A stretch of 64,000 nucleotides of DNA from NCBI GenBank assembly GCA_013239625.1, contig MU053561.1, positions 2,031,818 through 2,095,817 on the forward strand, written 5' to 3'. Numbering within the stretch: position 1 is the stretch's first letter; the number at the start of each line of letters is the position of its first letter. Source of the DNA: Lama guanicoe. Its lineage: Eukaryota. The notes beneath the pieces are model-generated. The model was given only the letters and a program-made list of their open reading frames with translations, was not told the DNA's origin and did not search any database. Shown piece after piece: positions 46,320 to 58,230 of this stretch. The position numbers and the translations under genes were made by a program.

Positions 46320-49300
46320 GACAAGATCTTTTCAAATATATCTTTATTTCTCAAACTCAAAACTTTATTGCATCAAGTTCTAACACATTGTGCATTGACA
46401 AATGATTTCACCTGCATCACATAAGAAGGTCAGGGACCATTACACCAAAGAGGAAACCTCACACATCCTAGGCACCACTAAGAAATTAGTATTTCAAAGG
46501 CTATGCAAATATCGAGTAACAAAAAAGCTTCAAATTTAGTCTAATTTGTATATTTTCATCTATAATAATTTGGAAATTAATGGATAAAAACTCAATTTTC
46601 TGAAAGCAGCTCTTTTTTTTTTAAATTCATTAAACAAAAAAGACCAGATGCCTTGAGTTTTAAAACACCCACAGATTCATATTATTTAACGACCTCCTCT
46701 TTAGCGGACGGTCTCCTCGCCTTCCTAGGCAAATACACATGACAGCCTGCACCAGCTCCCACTAGCCCAGGCAAAACTCCAAGCGTTTTCTTTCACAGCC
46801 ACTGAAACTATTTTTTTTAAGTGATAGGTAAACAAGATTTAGAATTGGAACTCACAAAAAAAGCATTTATTTCCTGCTCACCTTGGAAGTCTCCACAAAT
46901 AATCCTGAAAAGTTGGTCTTTCTAAATACACCCCTCATTACACACCCCTCCCTTGGTCCTCTGAATGGAATTGGCTGAGCTGGAGTATGTTCCAAAGTCA
47001 GCTGAGACATTTTGGTCTCTGCCAGGTTAAAAATTCAAATTTACCCTTGGCAACTGGCGGTTCCTTCACCTCACAGAATCCACGCACGGGTTCTCCTTGT
47101 GTGGAGCCCCAGTCAGATAGCCGGGAAGCAAAGGCCCCGGGGAGCATCAGGGCCTCCGCTCACAACTGGATAACTATCCTTTATTCTCTGGAAGAGGATG
47201 CTCGCACTCAGTCTATCTGCATCCTAAAACAAGGCACCAGAACCAGAAAGTTAACTAGAAAGGAGGTTTTCCTAAAGTTAGGAAGTTGCTTTTGAGTGGC
47301 ACCATTCCCCAGAGTTAACAAAGCAGTACTAGTTAAAATCCTAACCTACCTTGAAGGTGAGGGGCTAATGCTAGCGGCCAAGTTGAAGGAAAAGCAGGTT
47401 CAGGGCTTTAGCAAATGGACTACTAATGTGTCACCCCAGAGCATGGGTTCACACACAGCTCACTGAGGCTCAAATCCCCAGGGGGGTGCAGAAAAATCAA
47501 ACTAGGAAAAAAAAAAAAACCTTGAATGCCAAACCACATCCGTGACCGCAGATCAGGAACCCAGCACCTTTCCCACCCGCCTCTCCCCATCTGCCCAGCC
47601 CTCCCGGTGTGCGCCATGCCACCTCCCACACCCAGTCGGCGGAACCCTGAGGTGAAGGGGTCAGCGATGTAGTTTAGTTCCAGAGCTGAAGTGAGTGGGT
47701 GAGGAAAAGTGTCTCACTGCCAAGGTTAAGAATTAAAGGTGAGATGAAGCTTGAGGCCAGGAATGTATTGTATCCTCTTCTGCCAACACAAGCGGGAAAG
47801 GGTACTGTTTCAATCTCACAGCTGCTCAAAGTGATTCCAAGAAGCAGGCTGGGGTAACAGGCTGCATCCTTGCAGAAAGCATCAGAAAACTGCTCAGAGT
47901 CCTGAAGCAAATGAGGCTGCTTAAGTCTACACTAGAACTTGCACTTGAACTTTAGTGCCCTTGGCCACTGCCAAGTTTCACATTACTCAACACACAAAGA
48001 AGAGGAACCACTGGACTCAGGACAAGCTCAGAGTACCTGGTGCTTGTGTGAGCAGCACGAAAGGCAGGTTTCAGCTAGAATTTCCAGACACCTGAAATTC
48101 AAGGTTACCTGGTCTCTTCTGAGGCAGACAAGAGGCTCGGAGAGCAGGTGGAGACACCACTAGACCAGGGCGGTGCTTCAAAGTGCAGCTTTGGTGAGGG
48201 CAGCTTTTTACCCTGATGGTTCTAAGAACACAGGCCTACTCTCGACTTCAGAACAGCTGGGCTGACTACTAACTGCAGGCGAAGAGAGTTTACTGAGATG
48301 GCCATCGTGCAGTGGTAGTAAAGCATTGGGGGGCTGGGAATTTCCAGCAACTTCTGTGCCTCCCTTCATCCTGAAAGGAGGACTAGTACCAGATAGGAAA
48401 AAAAAATATGAGCAGAAAGCACTCCAAGGACAAACTGGGAATTTAATTATTCATGCGGTTCTGATCCTCTCTGCATCTGGTCCCTCGTCACTCACCCTGA
48501 TCCGTGAGCCTTCTGGTGGAAGCAACACTGACCTCTGTCAGCAAGTGCTTATGTTGGTGGCTTCATCATATTTCAAAGCTTTGGTTAAACAGATCTCTCA
48601 TTTTTGTGCAAACATGTTGCCATCTGACCACAATGGCAGTTTTTAAGGTCATGGATGACCACGTAGTTTTGAAAGCTGGGGCTCAGTCTTCATTGCCCTT
48701 TTTAACCCTGAAGCACCCCAGGGCCCCTCTCAATGTAGAACCAGCCTTGACTCAAAGCCGTGAATTTAGATACAACTATGGCTCCCAGGGAGACGGGAGC
48801 TGCTTACGCTGAGAAGTGGCTTCTATTCGCCTAGTCCACAGCACGGATACCGAGTCACGCCCGATCTGCTTTCAAGAGGACCTGTACATCACGTTCTAGA
48901 AAAAAGTCCTGAAACTATAATCTTTAGAAAAAGGTAAACCACTCCTTTTCTACTAAGCATTAAGGCAACTTCATTGCTTCAAGCAAGAAGCAGGCAATCA
49001 CGCAGGGCTTGGCATTTTTATGGCCACGAGAGAATGCAAAAATCTGGAGCATGGATTTGATCAATCACTTGAGAAACCAAGCTGGCTGGCAATATTGCGT
49101 TCTATGCCTTGATAACCCTGAAGTGATGCTTTCCAAGACAGCCCACAGACAGTTTCAAAACACAAAGTCCCGTAAATAAATCTACCAGGAAAGCAACAGT
49201 AAGTAGCCTAGAACTCTCCCATTTCCTAAGCCTGCTTCAGACTAGAGAGTAACACTGTTTTCCTTCTAAAGTGCAGAGTACAAACAGGTATGGTCAATCT

Positions 49301-50628
49301 ACCAGAGTAAGGAAGATTCTCCTTCGTTCACTTGCTTCTTCCCAAATACACCGGAAGTAGTCGCCGGGAGGTGCCTCAGTGGCTCTGATCCACATGAGGC
49401 CCGACTGATGGGACGGGCGGCCACCTCACATGGAGCACAGGGACAGCAGGGGAGATTCTAAAGCCATTTTCTTAAACCAAAGAACTCTGCCCGCAAGAGC
49501 GGACCATTCCACAGGTCACTCAGATCTACTGAAACTCCCGGATTCATCTGCTGTCCAAAAAGCCTGGAAAAGGAAACCACTATTTTTTTTGGGGGGGGGG
49601 ATGAGAACAAAAACAAAATATCAGCCAAAGTACTCAAAACAGCCAGTCATACTTGGAATGTGACCAAAATGGGTTTCCAATTAAAAGGTGAGAAGACCCT
49701 CATGTCAGTTACTGCAACGACTCTAGACTCACAACCTTAGTCTTGGGAAGAGCAAAACGAAAGTGATGAGCTGATGAGGGGGAAGAAATGTCATTCAATA
49801 AGAATTCCTTACGTTAAAGAAAAGAAAAATTGAACATTCACGTTTCCTATTTACAGTCACCCCACCACCACTACCACAATTCTACTTAACATTATGTTGC
49901 ACATTTTATTTTGCTTTCAAGTTACATTTCAAGAAAAGGTCACTTTTTTTTTCTCAGCGATATCTCACAATTCCTCGTGATAGCACAGCATCTAAACCAT
50001 AAACCACTTTCAACCAGATCTCAATTCTCCAGCTACTGGCTTTGGTTTATTGATGAGAGAAATCCTCAGCTCTGCTGACGGAGAATAAACATAAGCAAGT
50101 CAGTCCTTTGAACAAAAATTGAGTCACAAGAGCACCCTCATGTTTACCATTTTCTGCCCGACTGAAATTGATAACAAGAAAACAGACAATCAGCACAACT
50201 TTCATGCAACGGCTGGGGATTGCACATGAGGGCTGCGCGGCCTCCCCCGGGCACAGGCGAGAGGACCAGCAGCTGACGACTTCTCAGACACTGCCCAAGC
50301 GTCCCCCCAACCTCAGTGACTGCAGAGCCCAAACGCCCCGTGCCGATGTTTGGGACATGCCATGTTAGTGTCTGTCTTGGAAAGATGTGGGTAGGCCATA
50401 CTTCCTATAACCTTTTCCAAAGTGGCACTGAAATAACGGGTCCCTTTAGGGTTGGCTCATGATACACTGTAGACCCATTCCAATGGGTACACAAAGGAAA
50501 AAAAAAAAGCAGAATCAGAGCTGAGTTCCCCTTTAAAAGCCAAACGCCTACATCTAGAAGGAGGCTCCCCTACCTGAGAGCCCTTGCCCTAGTGGGATTC
50601 CCACTGTGGAAACCCACAGGTCTCAAGG
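46320..50628 (-). other. TENT5C: TENT5C 3' UTR (~4.3 kb, long isoform)
   Basis: Runs from the stop codon to tandem AATAAA hexamers followed by a U/GU-rich tract. Almost free of recognisable repeats, unlike the flanks. Length agrees with my recollection of the long mammalian TENT5C UTR. The 3' end is uncertain by ~25 nt. Confidence 0.75.
46343..46369 (-). terminator. TENT5C: Tandem polyadenylation signals (AATAAA x2) of TENT5C
   Basis: TTTATT on + at 46343-46348 and 46364-46369. Downstream on - strand: CATTTATGCTCGTTTCTTTGTG (U/GU-rich element). Confidence 0.75.
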
Positions 50629-51804
50629 TTAGTTACAGGGCAGCCAGGTGGGGTACGGCTGGCTGTAGGTGACTGGGGGCTGGGCAACGTAGTAGTTGTT
50701 GAAGTTGCCGTCGCTGACGTAAGGAGCAGGCTGGTAGTAACAGGTGACGTTGGTGGCGTTGGGGATGATGTTCTGCTCCGCCAGCACGCGCAAGGCCAGG
50801 AGGGAGATGAGGTTCAGCGTCTGCCTCCGTTCGTGCCCCATCAGACACACGGTGCTCTCGTTCACCACCCGGCGCAGGGTCATGAGGTAGTCGTACTTGC
50901 TCCTCTCCTCTTCGGCGAAGTGGTTCTGAAGGTAGGTCTCCAGCTTCCTCTGCTGTTCGAGGATGTCAGGGAAATCAATGAAGAACCTGGAGCACATGTA
51001 ACGCTCCAGGGTCTTGATCTCTTCCTGGTCGGTGGGCCTGAAGTCCCGCACCAGGAGGTTGCTGTACTTGAGCAGCCCCCCACCCCGGATCTCCTCGGGG
51101 TTCTTGGTGGCGATGAGTCTGTTCTGCAGGTGGTCGAAGGCTTCCTCGAAGTCCCCATACACGCTCTCCCCAATCACAGTGGGGTGCAGGTGCTCAGAGA
51201 TGGGGTTACTGGAGCAGTCGTAGAAGAAGAGCAGCGAGTCCAGGATGATCTGAAAAGAGTCCACGCTAAACTCGAACTGACGCCGGATGGAGTCGACAAA
51301 CTTCAGCTCCACGTTCCTCCCATTCTTGTTGGAGAGCGAGATCAGGCTCCAGCGGTCTGTGTCCGTGCACACCTTCACCAGCTTCTGGACGTAAGCCTCC
51401 TTCAGGGTGACTGGGCTGATCTTGAGCTTGTTCACGCCCTCCGGCAGGAAGTTCAGAAGGGAGCACAGAACCACATCCCTGACCAGCTGAAACTCGGCCT
51501 CCGTGGGAAGAGCCACGTGAAAGATGAGGTCCAGGTCTTTGCAACCCAACCCGTTGTCTTTGACCAAGACGTGGCCGGCTGCAGAGCCGTTCAGCCGCAC
51601 ATCCTGCACTTTAATGCCCGCCTCCTCCAGCCGGCCGCGGACGGTCTGGACGATGTCCTTCAGGGTTATCTCCAAGGTTGGAAAGTTGCCTCGTCCGTGG
51701 ATGGGGACGACCTCGGTCAGGACCTCGTGCAGCCGGCTCACCTGGTCCCAGTTGAGCACACTGAAGGACACGCAGTCCCTGGTACTGCTGCTCTCCTCTG
51801 CCAT
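50629..51804 (-). CDS. TENT5C: Terminal nucleotidyltransferase 5C (FAM46C), non-canonical poly(A) polymerase, 391 aa, single coding exon
   Basis: Intact [25 protein letters not shown]...[12 protein letters not shown]. NTase signature G73-S74, D90-x-D92 and E166 present; FAM46 motifs [39 protein letters not shown]-terminus and length match TENT5C rather than TENT5A/B/D. Strong Kozak context GAGATGG. Confidence 0.98.
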   Translation of the reverse strand: MAEESSSTRDCVSFSVLNWDQVSRLHEVLTEVVPIHGRGNFPTLEITLKDIVQTVRGRLEEAGIKVQDVRLNGSAAGHVLVKDNGLGCKDLDLIFHVALPTEAEFQLVRDVVLCSLLNFLPEGVNKLKISPVTLKEAYVQKLVKVCTDTDRWSLISLSNKNGRNVELKFVDSIRRQFEFSVDSFQIILDSLLFFYDCSSNPISEHLHPTVIGESVYGDFEEAFDHLQNRLIATKNPEEIRGGGLLKYSNLLVRDFRPTDQEEIKTLERYMCSRFFIDFPDILEQQRKLETYLQNHFAEEERSKYDYLMTLRRVVNESTVCLMGHERRQTLNLISLLALRVLAEQNIIPNATNVTCYYQPAPYVSDGNFNNYYVAQPPVTYSQPYPTWLPCN

Positions 51805-51828
51805 CTCGGGGTGTCCTTGCCAGGGAAA
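51805..51828 (-). other. TENT5C: 5' UTR portion of the TENT5C coding exon (24 nt)
   Basis: TTTCCCTGGCAAGGACACCCCGAG between the acceptor AG and the ATG; no upstream ATG. Confidence 0.85.
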
Positions 51829-51855
51829 CTGAAAGTGAGGGGGAGAAACAGTTAG
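51829..51855 (-). promoter_or_regulatory. TENT5C: 3' splice site of the TENT5C intron: branch point, polypyrimidine tract, AG
   Basis: Minus strand CTAAC-TGTTTCTCCCCCTCACTTTCAG|TTT; branch motif CTAAC at 51855-51851, AG at 51830-51829. Confidence 0.9.
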
Positions 51856-54479
51856 CGCTCACTCCTACGTGGCAAAGCGGCTCCGGGGACTCAGAGATGA
51901 TGCTGGTTTCTCTCTGAACCTCTTTCTTACTGTAAAGAGGAAAACAGCATCTACTGCCGGGTGCTGCTGAGGGCTAAGCGAGTTAGACGTGGCAAGAATG
52001 GCGCCGGCAGGCAGAAAGGAGAGAATACACGTAAACTTACCCTATACCGAATCTGACAACTTTACAATTTTGTTTTCTGTGGGGTTTGTTTTGTTTTATC
52101 CGTGTGGGGTAGGGTGGGGGCAGAGTTTGTGTGCGAAGGGACGCAGACAAACTTATTAAGCCAAGTAACCTAAACCCAACGTTACTCAACAGAGGACCTA
52201 CGGGTGTTGCTAATTTTCCTTGTTTTCTACGGAAAATCACCTCTCCTGCTTTTGGCACCGTAACTACGCCTAGGCTATAATGCCCACACAGAACACACGA
52301 CCTACCAAAGACTCCTTCACTCTGTGAATACATAGATTCTGAACGCCAGGCTACAACCACACAGAGAACAGAGAGTCGGTTTAGTCCTGCTAGAATCCAG
52401 CACACTGATACGCTCTTCACTTATGGGAGCCGCCTGCCCTATAACAAACACTCCTGTCATCCGGGGTATCCAGGCTGGGCCCAAGGAACTGTCTGAGGGA
52501 CAGGATTCCTAAGTAACAGAGGGTTAGGTCAGGGGCGGAGGGAACCGCTCTGCCCGGCACGGAGGCCTGACACAGGGTGTGGGAAACCTCCCTGGGGCGG
52601 TGTGACCTTTCAACTGTGTTTCCTTCAAGCCACCCAAGGAGAGCAGCTGGCGCTCGGCACCAGGAGCAAAGCGCGCCTCTCGCAGCTCACCTGTTAGAAC
52701 CACAGAGTTACAAAGTAATTTCTAGCTAAGTTAGACTTCAGAAAATGAAACGCTAGAAATCCTACTGCGGAAGAACAAAAGCGGATACGCTAGAAAGCCA
52801 AGGGGCCTGTGGATCCACTTGGGTCACCTGTTAGCCAGACAGATGTCAGAGCAGAAACGAGAGGTTGAGGTGCTGTCCTCAGACTTCCTCGCAAATTGGC
52901 AGAAAAGTGATGGGGGCAGCAGAACTGACTTGCCAGACACACACGGCCCATCCCGATGACCTGCAGTCTCAGGGTCTGGAAGCTGCTGCTTTTGGATGCA
53001 CACCCAGCGTGCGCTGTCCTGGGGTTCCAACTTGAGTTTTCAGTCTTGCACTGGTGCTGGGGATCCTCACCTCATCAACAGGGCTCAGATCAATGGGACA
53101 GTTGTCAGTCTGTGCTGGGGCACCAAGGGACATGCCGAGACAAGCTTTCTAGGAGTTGGCCATTAAGAGGAGGGTGAGAACACGACGTCTCAATACAAGG
53201 CAGTGTGTAGGAGAAAGAAAATGTAACAAAAGGGTAGAAGAAAGAAGCACCCCCTGATTGGGGTGAGCAGGGAGGCCACAGAGGAGCTCACATGGGGAGG
53301 GGATGCCGGCCGACAGGAAGGCTGGGGCTGAGGGGCAGCAGGGAGCACCCAGCTGAGAGCCGGCAAGTTGTCCAGTCTGGCCAGCATGGGCCTCTCCTCT
53401 AGCCGGATCACAGGCTCCCTGTAGGTTAAGGGACAGAATCTGCTTGGCCGGGCAGCAGGAAGGTTGATCACATGATCCAAGCAGGCTCCAGGAAGACCGA
53501 TGGGGGATGGGCAGGCTTCTGCTCCCGCCTGAAGAATACTCGCCAAGGGGAAGATAAAAGTTTCCCTGAAAACCTGTTTGGACAGCGTTAGGAGGCCCTA
53601 GGCCATCTAGATTATCCTACCAAAGCACTTCTGCGTTAAGGAGACCAAGCAAAATTGGTGATGAAATGCTGCATGTTTACTGTGGCTGGCCTTTGGCTTC
53701 AAGTCAGCTCTGAAACAGCAGAGTTCTCTTTTTTAATGCGTTCTATGCACACTCAGTTCTTTGTGGCCCCTTTTACGACGAGCATGCAGTACACTTGTAC
53801 CCATTATCTAGGGCAGCACGCAAGTTCAAGCGATCGCAGAAAGGTATGACTCCAGCTTTGTTTTGAGACACGGCCAAACTGTGATTTGGTGGCATGGGTT
53901 TCTGTCAGGCATGCTGACCTACCCATAAAAATGCAACTTGCTTTACACCCTGTGGATCACCTATTAGTGTGCTTCCAAGGCTTGTGCGGATGATACGGGC
54001 AAAAGAAGTCACAGCAACAGGAGAGATGCTGTTCAATCAGTACTCGGAATAGAAGGAACAATTAATTTTAAGAAAATCTCCAGGAAGAAACTCAATAATG
54101 TTGTAGAGGAGAATAGTTGTAGGAATCACTTTTGACTCATGCCATTTTTTTTAAGGACTTGTTTAAAAAAAAAAAGCCATGTAGAGTTAAAGCCAGGACT
54201 ACTCCTACCTCTAGAACAGTGGTTCTTAACATTAGAAGAGGGACATCTGGGACCGGGGAGAATCTGATGAAAGTGATCGCTTCTTCAGGGGGGAGGGGTT
54301 GGGGGCAGGGAGTGGGATGGGGGGTGCACTTATGCCTGAAAATTTTTATATGTTTTAAAATCCCTGAACTTGTAGTAGATTCAAAGTGAGAATCTATTTT
54401 AGACTGAAAATTGGTAAGGTTTATATGGGAGGAGGGGGCAGGAATAGCCAGGAGAGTTACGAAGAATAGGACATACAAT

Positions 54480-55620
54480 AGGCTGGTAAGAGATATTATG
54501 AAGCCACAGTGATGGAAACAGCGTGCCACTGCACAAAAAGACAAGCTGGTGAAACAGAAACTTTTAAATCCAGAAATAAAATCTAATACATAAGGAGATT
54601 TAGTATACAATAAAGGAGGCATTTCAAAATAGTAAAGGGAAAATTTTGAGACATCTGGATAATTATCTAGATTTAAAAAATACGCAAAGATGGCTCCTGA
54701 GCTGGTGCCGATCTAAGACCTAGATGGAAGAATCAAAGACTTAAGTGTAAAGGATGAAACCCTAAGAGCACCAGAAAAAAACCCACGAAACTTACGTACA
54801 CTTACACAGGCTCGGCAGTCCTTTCTAAATCACATAAAACCTAAAAGTCAGAAAAAAATTGATATATTTGCCTATATAAAAATATCTACATGGTGAAAAC
54901 ACCAAAAAGAAGTGAGAAGACAAAACTAGGAAAATATTTGTAACATTAGACCAAGTACTAATTTCCTTAATGAATAAGGAGCTCCTGCAGATCAGAACCA
55001 CAGAGTCCCAACATAAGATGGGGTAGAGGACATGAACAGTGGCTCAGACCTGTAACATAGTCAGCCTTACCTTAAAGGATGGGCAAATTTAGACTATGAT
55101 GTGTCATTTTTACCCATCAGATTGGCAAAGACCGAGAAGCAGACACTTTTAGTGCACTGTCCCTGGGTTCTCTTTGAAGAACGACGTGGGATTCTCAATT
55201 TTAAGAGGACACACTCTTTGGCAAAGCAATTCAACTTCCACGAAGTCTACTTTGGATTTTATTCTATGGGTACATTTGCAAATACACACAAGGATATTCA
55301 CTGAAGCATAATAAAGCTACAAATAATCATCAGTAAAGAAGGTTAAATGACTCACAGGTACACAACAGTATACAAATGCACGCAGGTGTCCAAAAGAAAG
55401 GTGGCAGCTCTCTCTGTATGAATATGAAGTGCTCATCAAGGTCTATTAACAGAAAAGTGTGAAACTGTGCAGAAAGCGTAAGTCTGCGCTTGTCATACAA
55501 TCAGAAGTCCCTGGAAGGAGACGCTAGTGGTTCCGACTACACCAAATGCGACTGCTAGGCTGGGAGAGGGTAACAAAGGAGACTTACTTTCTCTCTTTTG
55601 AATTTGGGACCTACACATGC
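54480..55620 (+). mobile_element. Old L1 (L1ME-type) ORF2/3' relic, antisense to TENT5C
   Basis: AATCCAGAAATAAAATCTAATACATAAGGAGATTTAGTATACAATAAAGGAGGCATTTCAAA; ATCAAAGACTTAAGTGTAAA; CATTTTTACCCATCAGATTGGCAAAGA; GGATATTCACTGAAGCAT. Confidence 0.7.
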
Positions 55621-58049
55621 ATTACCTGAAAAAAAAAATCCTATGAGCCATGTTCCAAAGTCTGTCCCCTACAAGCCATCTAACCTGCTACCTTGTTTAA
55701 TTCCTTCGATGCCTTTCCTCCTAGCCGTCCCCACATCCCCATGCTCAGGTGCCAAAATCAAGTACACTTGGAGGCTTCCCTTCCAAGCCTTAAAAGCTGA
55801 TCCCCAGATCAGCAGGGGAAGAGGAACAGTTTTTCTCCAGAAGAGCTTTTAGCCAATTTTCTACTTACGTGTTATTTAAAAGAAGATGTCCATTGTTTAT
55901 CCAAAAAAAAAAAAAAACCCAACAAACCCAAACTTTGAAACTAATGGATAAGCCATCTCATCTAGCACCATTTTATGTTTGGTATCCAAAAATGTTTTCT
56001 GTAGTTTTACAAGATTCGCTATTTCTCATTTCAGACATGGTACAGCTTTCCCCATGATGTTGCTGATTATTGTCTACAGTTGTAAGAACCTTAATAAATG
56101 CAATAAACACTTTTTCAGGAACCTAAGATGCCCGTGGTTGGCCTCTTCCACGCCAGCAACTCCTGACACATGTATGAATAGTGGCGTCAACTGTCAGAAA
56201 AAAGCAGTCTACATAAAAGCACAGCGCGGGATACACAGATGCCGAGCCCATGGGTAGCTATTAATTCTCTCAATTTACGGTGATTTAGACATAGAGGAGT
56301 CCAGGCTACTGAAGGCTCAGATGTAGGCTGATTTCACATTTGGCGTCTAGCCCCCCGAAGAGCCCAAAGTAAGTTACTGAAGCCTGTTAGAAAGCAATCT
56401 TTTGTTTTCTTCCCTGCCCCCTACCCATCCAAACAATTTCAAGTATCAAAAGCACATTTTTAAGTTACTTAGACCAACACTAGAATACATTTATTACTAG
56501 AATAAATCCAAGTCATAGGCCCTTAGTGCTTGGATAACACACCAGAGCACAGTGTAACAGTTTTAATTAACCACTTGAGATCAACATTGATATAATCCCC
56601 ATATAAAAGAACCACGTGAAACACACACTCTCAAATCATGACAGGAAAATTCTAACCAGCAGAATTAATAAAATGGTAACCAGGAAAAAAAATTCATCTG
56701 AAGCCTGGTAAATTCAAAGTGTTTGATTTCCTTTCATTACCAGAGAAGCAGATTCACTGTTATTCCGCACAGGAGAAACTGGGAAAGGTAGGAACCGTGA
56801 CTCCTCACTGATTTGAAAATTCAGGCACCTTTTCACCAGTGAGGATGACCAACCACCTACTCAGCTTAAGCTACGTAGTCTTCTAAAAAGTTTGGCTCGT
56901 GATGAACGGCACCTCCGGGTGCCCCTGAATTCCCTTTTATCATCTGGCTGCAGCAGCAGGATAAAATACACATATTCCTGGAAAACAGGTTTGCAGAGAT
57001 GGCAGCAAAAGGTGAGAGGGATAGACAAACTGAGCCCAAAGACTAAACCGAGCTCCCCAAGGACAAGCTGATATCTAACTTACCTTTGTTTCCCGCTGCC
57101 TGGACACTCAAGGCAGGTTGATCTGAAAACCACTTTGAGCCCTCATGGAAAAAGAGTCCTGCTTCCTAGCTTACTTAGACCCCAGAAACAAGAGGGGCAG
57201 AGGCGGTGAAAGCATGCGGGATTCGAGGCGGGCAAGCAGGCCTGGCAGACGGACAATAAGAGCGCCTGTAGCACTTCCCGGCCTTACGGCCCAGCGCTCA
57301 GTCGAGGCAACACGGAGCCTTGTTTGTGCCTGGCACTAAGACGCAGACCCTGCCCAGAGAGCCCTGGCACATGTGGACACGCACATCCACGAAGCTGAAG
57401 GCAGCATATGCTTCAGCCTAGGTCTGCGACGTTTAACGTGCAAGCTCCAAAAGGCTTCAGGGGAACGCTGTGGTCAAATGAGGCACCCTCAGCCGTGGCA
57501 GCCCTCCATCCAGTCCACAGACAACTGAGCGACACCCTCGTCCTCTGACCCTGCTGTGGGCTTAAGAACACAAAAGAAACTCGAACACATTCCGGCGCTC
57601 CTTTGATGTCAAAATTCCCTCTCACTGATAGCTGGATGCTACCCCACGGCCTGGATCCTCCCAGTGACACTTCCCAGCTCAGCGTGGAGACCCAGCCATG
57701 GGCAGTGGGCCAAGCCTGGTGACAGACTCCAAGGGAGTGTGTCTGTGGAACAAAGACCCCTTCTGTCCCCAGCTCCTGGCTAGGGGGGATCCCGTGGCCC
57801 CGTGGCTGGCATCGTCCACAAAAACTCTTGTCCTCCGTGGACAACAGAGGACCTTTTAAGCAGGAAGAAACTACTTTACTGCGTATAAAGGCCTAGAGAA
57901 TTTAGGCAGAAGTGAAAGCAGAGGCCAACACGTGTCATAATACCCTCTCCCGCCTCTTCCCTCATCCAGCTGAGTGAGTGGAAATGACAACTCTGGGCCT
58001 ATTTCTTTCTCTTTTTTTCCTGTAAAATGAAGGCATAGAGTGTGTACCA

Positions 58050-58230
58050 GCCAATGGAAGGGTTCTCGGTACAAGCCACTTCATGTCCATTCCTATTTAT
58101 CCTCACAAGCACCCGAGGAAGCGACAATTGTCCCCTTTTCACAACGACTAAGATCAGAAAAGATGAAGTGAACTGACCCCAGACTCCGGAGCTAACAGTT
58201 CTGACTCCTGGAACTGGCCACAACCTCCAC
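58050..58230 (-). mobile_element. MIR SINE fragment
   Basis: CTTCATGTCCATTCCTATTTATCCTCACAAGCACCC...AAGTGAACTGACCCCAG. Confidence 0.5.

Noticed and set aside
50833..51855. 340-aa ORF on + strand antisense to TENT5C
   Set aside because: It is in exact codon register with the sense CDS (offset 204 = 68 codons), starts at GTG, and closes just past the exon boundary. This is the expected shadow of a GC3-rich gene that avoids TTA, CTA and TCA codons. No recognisable protein.
51611..51862. 83-aa ORF overlapping the TENT5C start (possible uORF)
   Set aside because: It begins at a non-ATG codon in the intron and crosses the splice acceptor, so it is absent from spliced mRNA.
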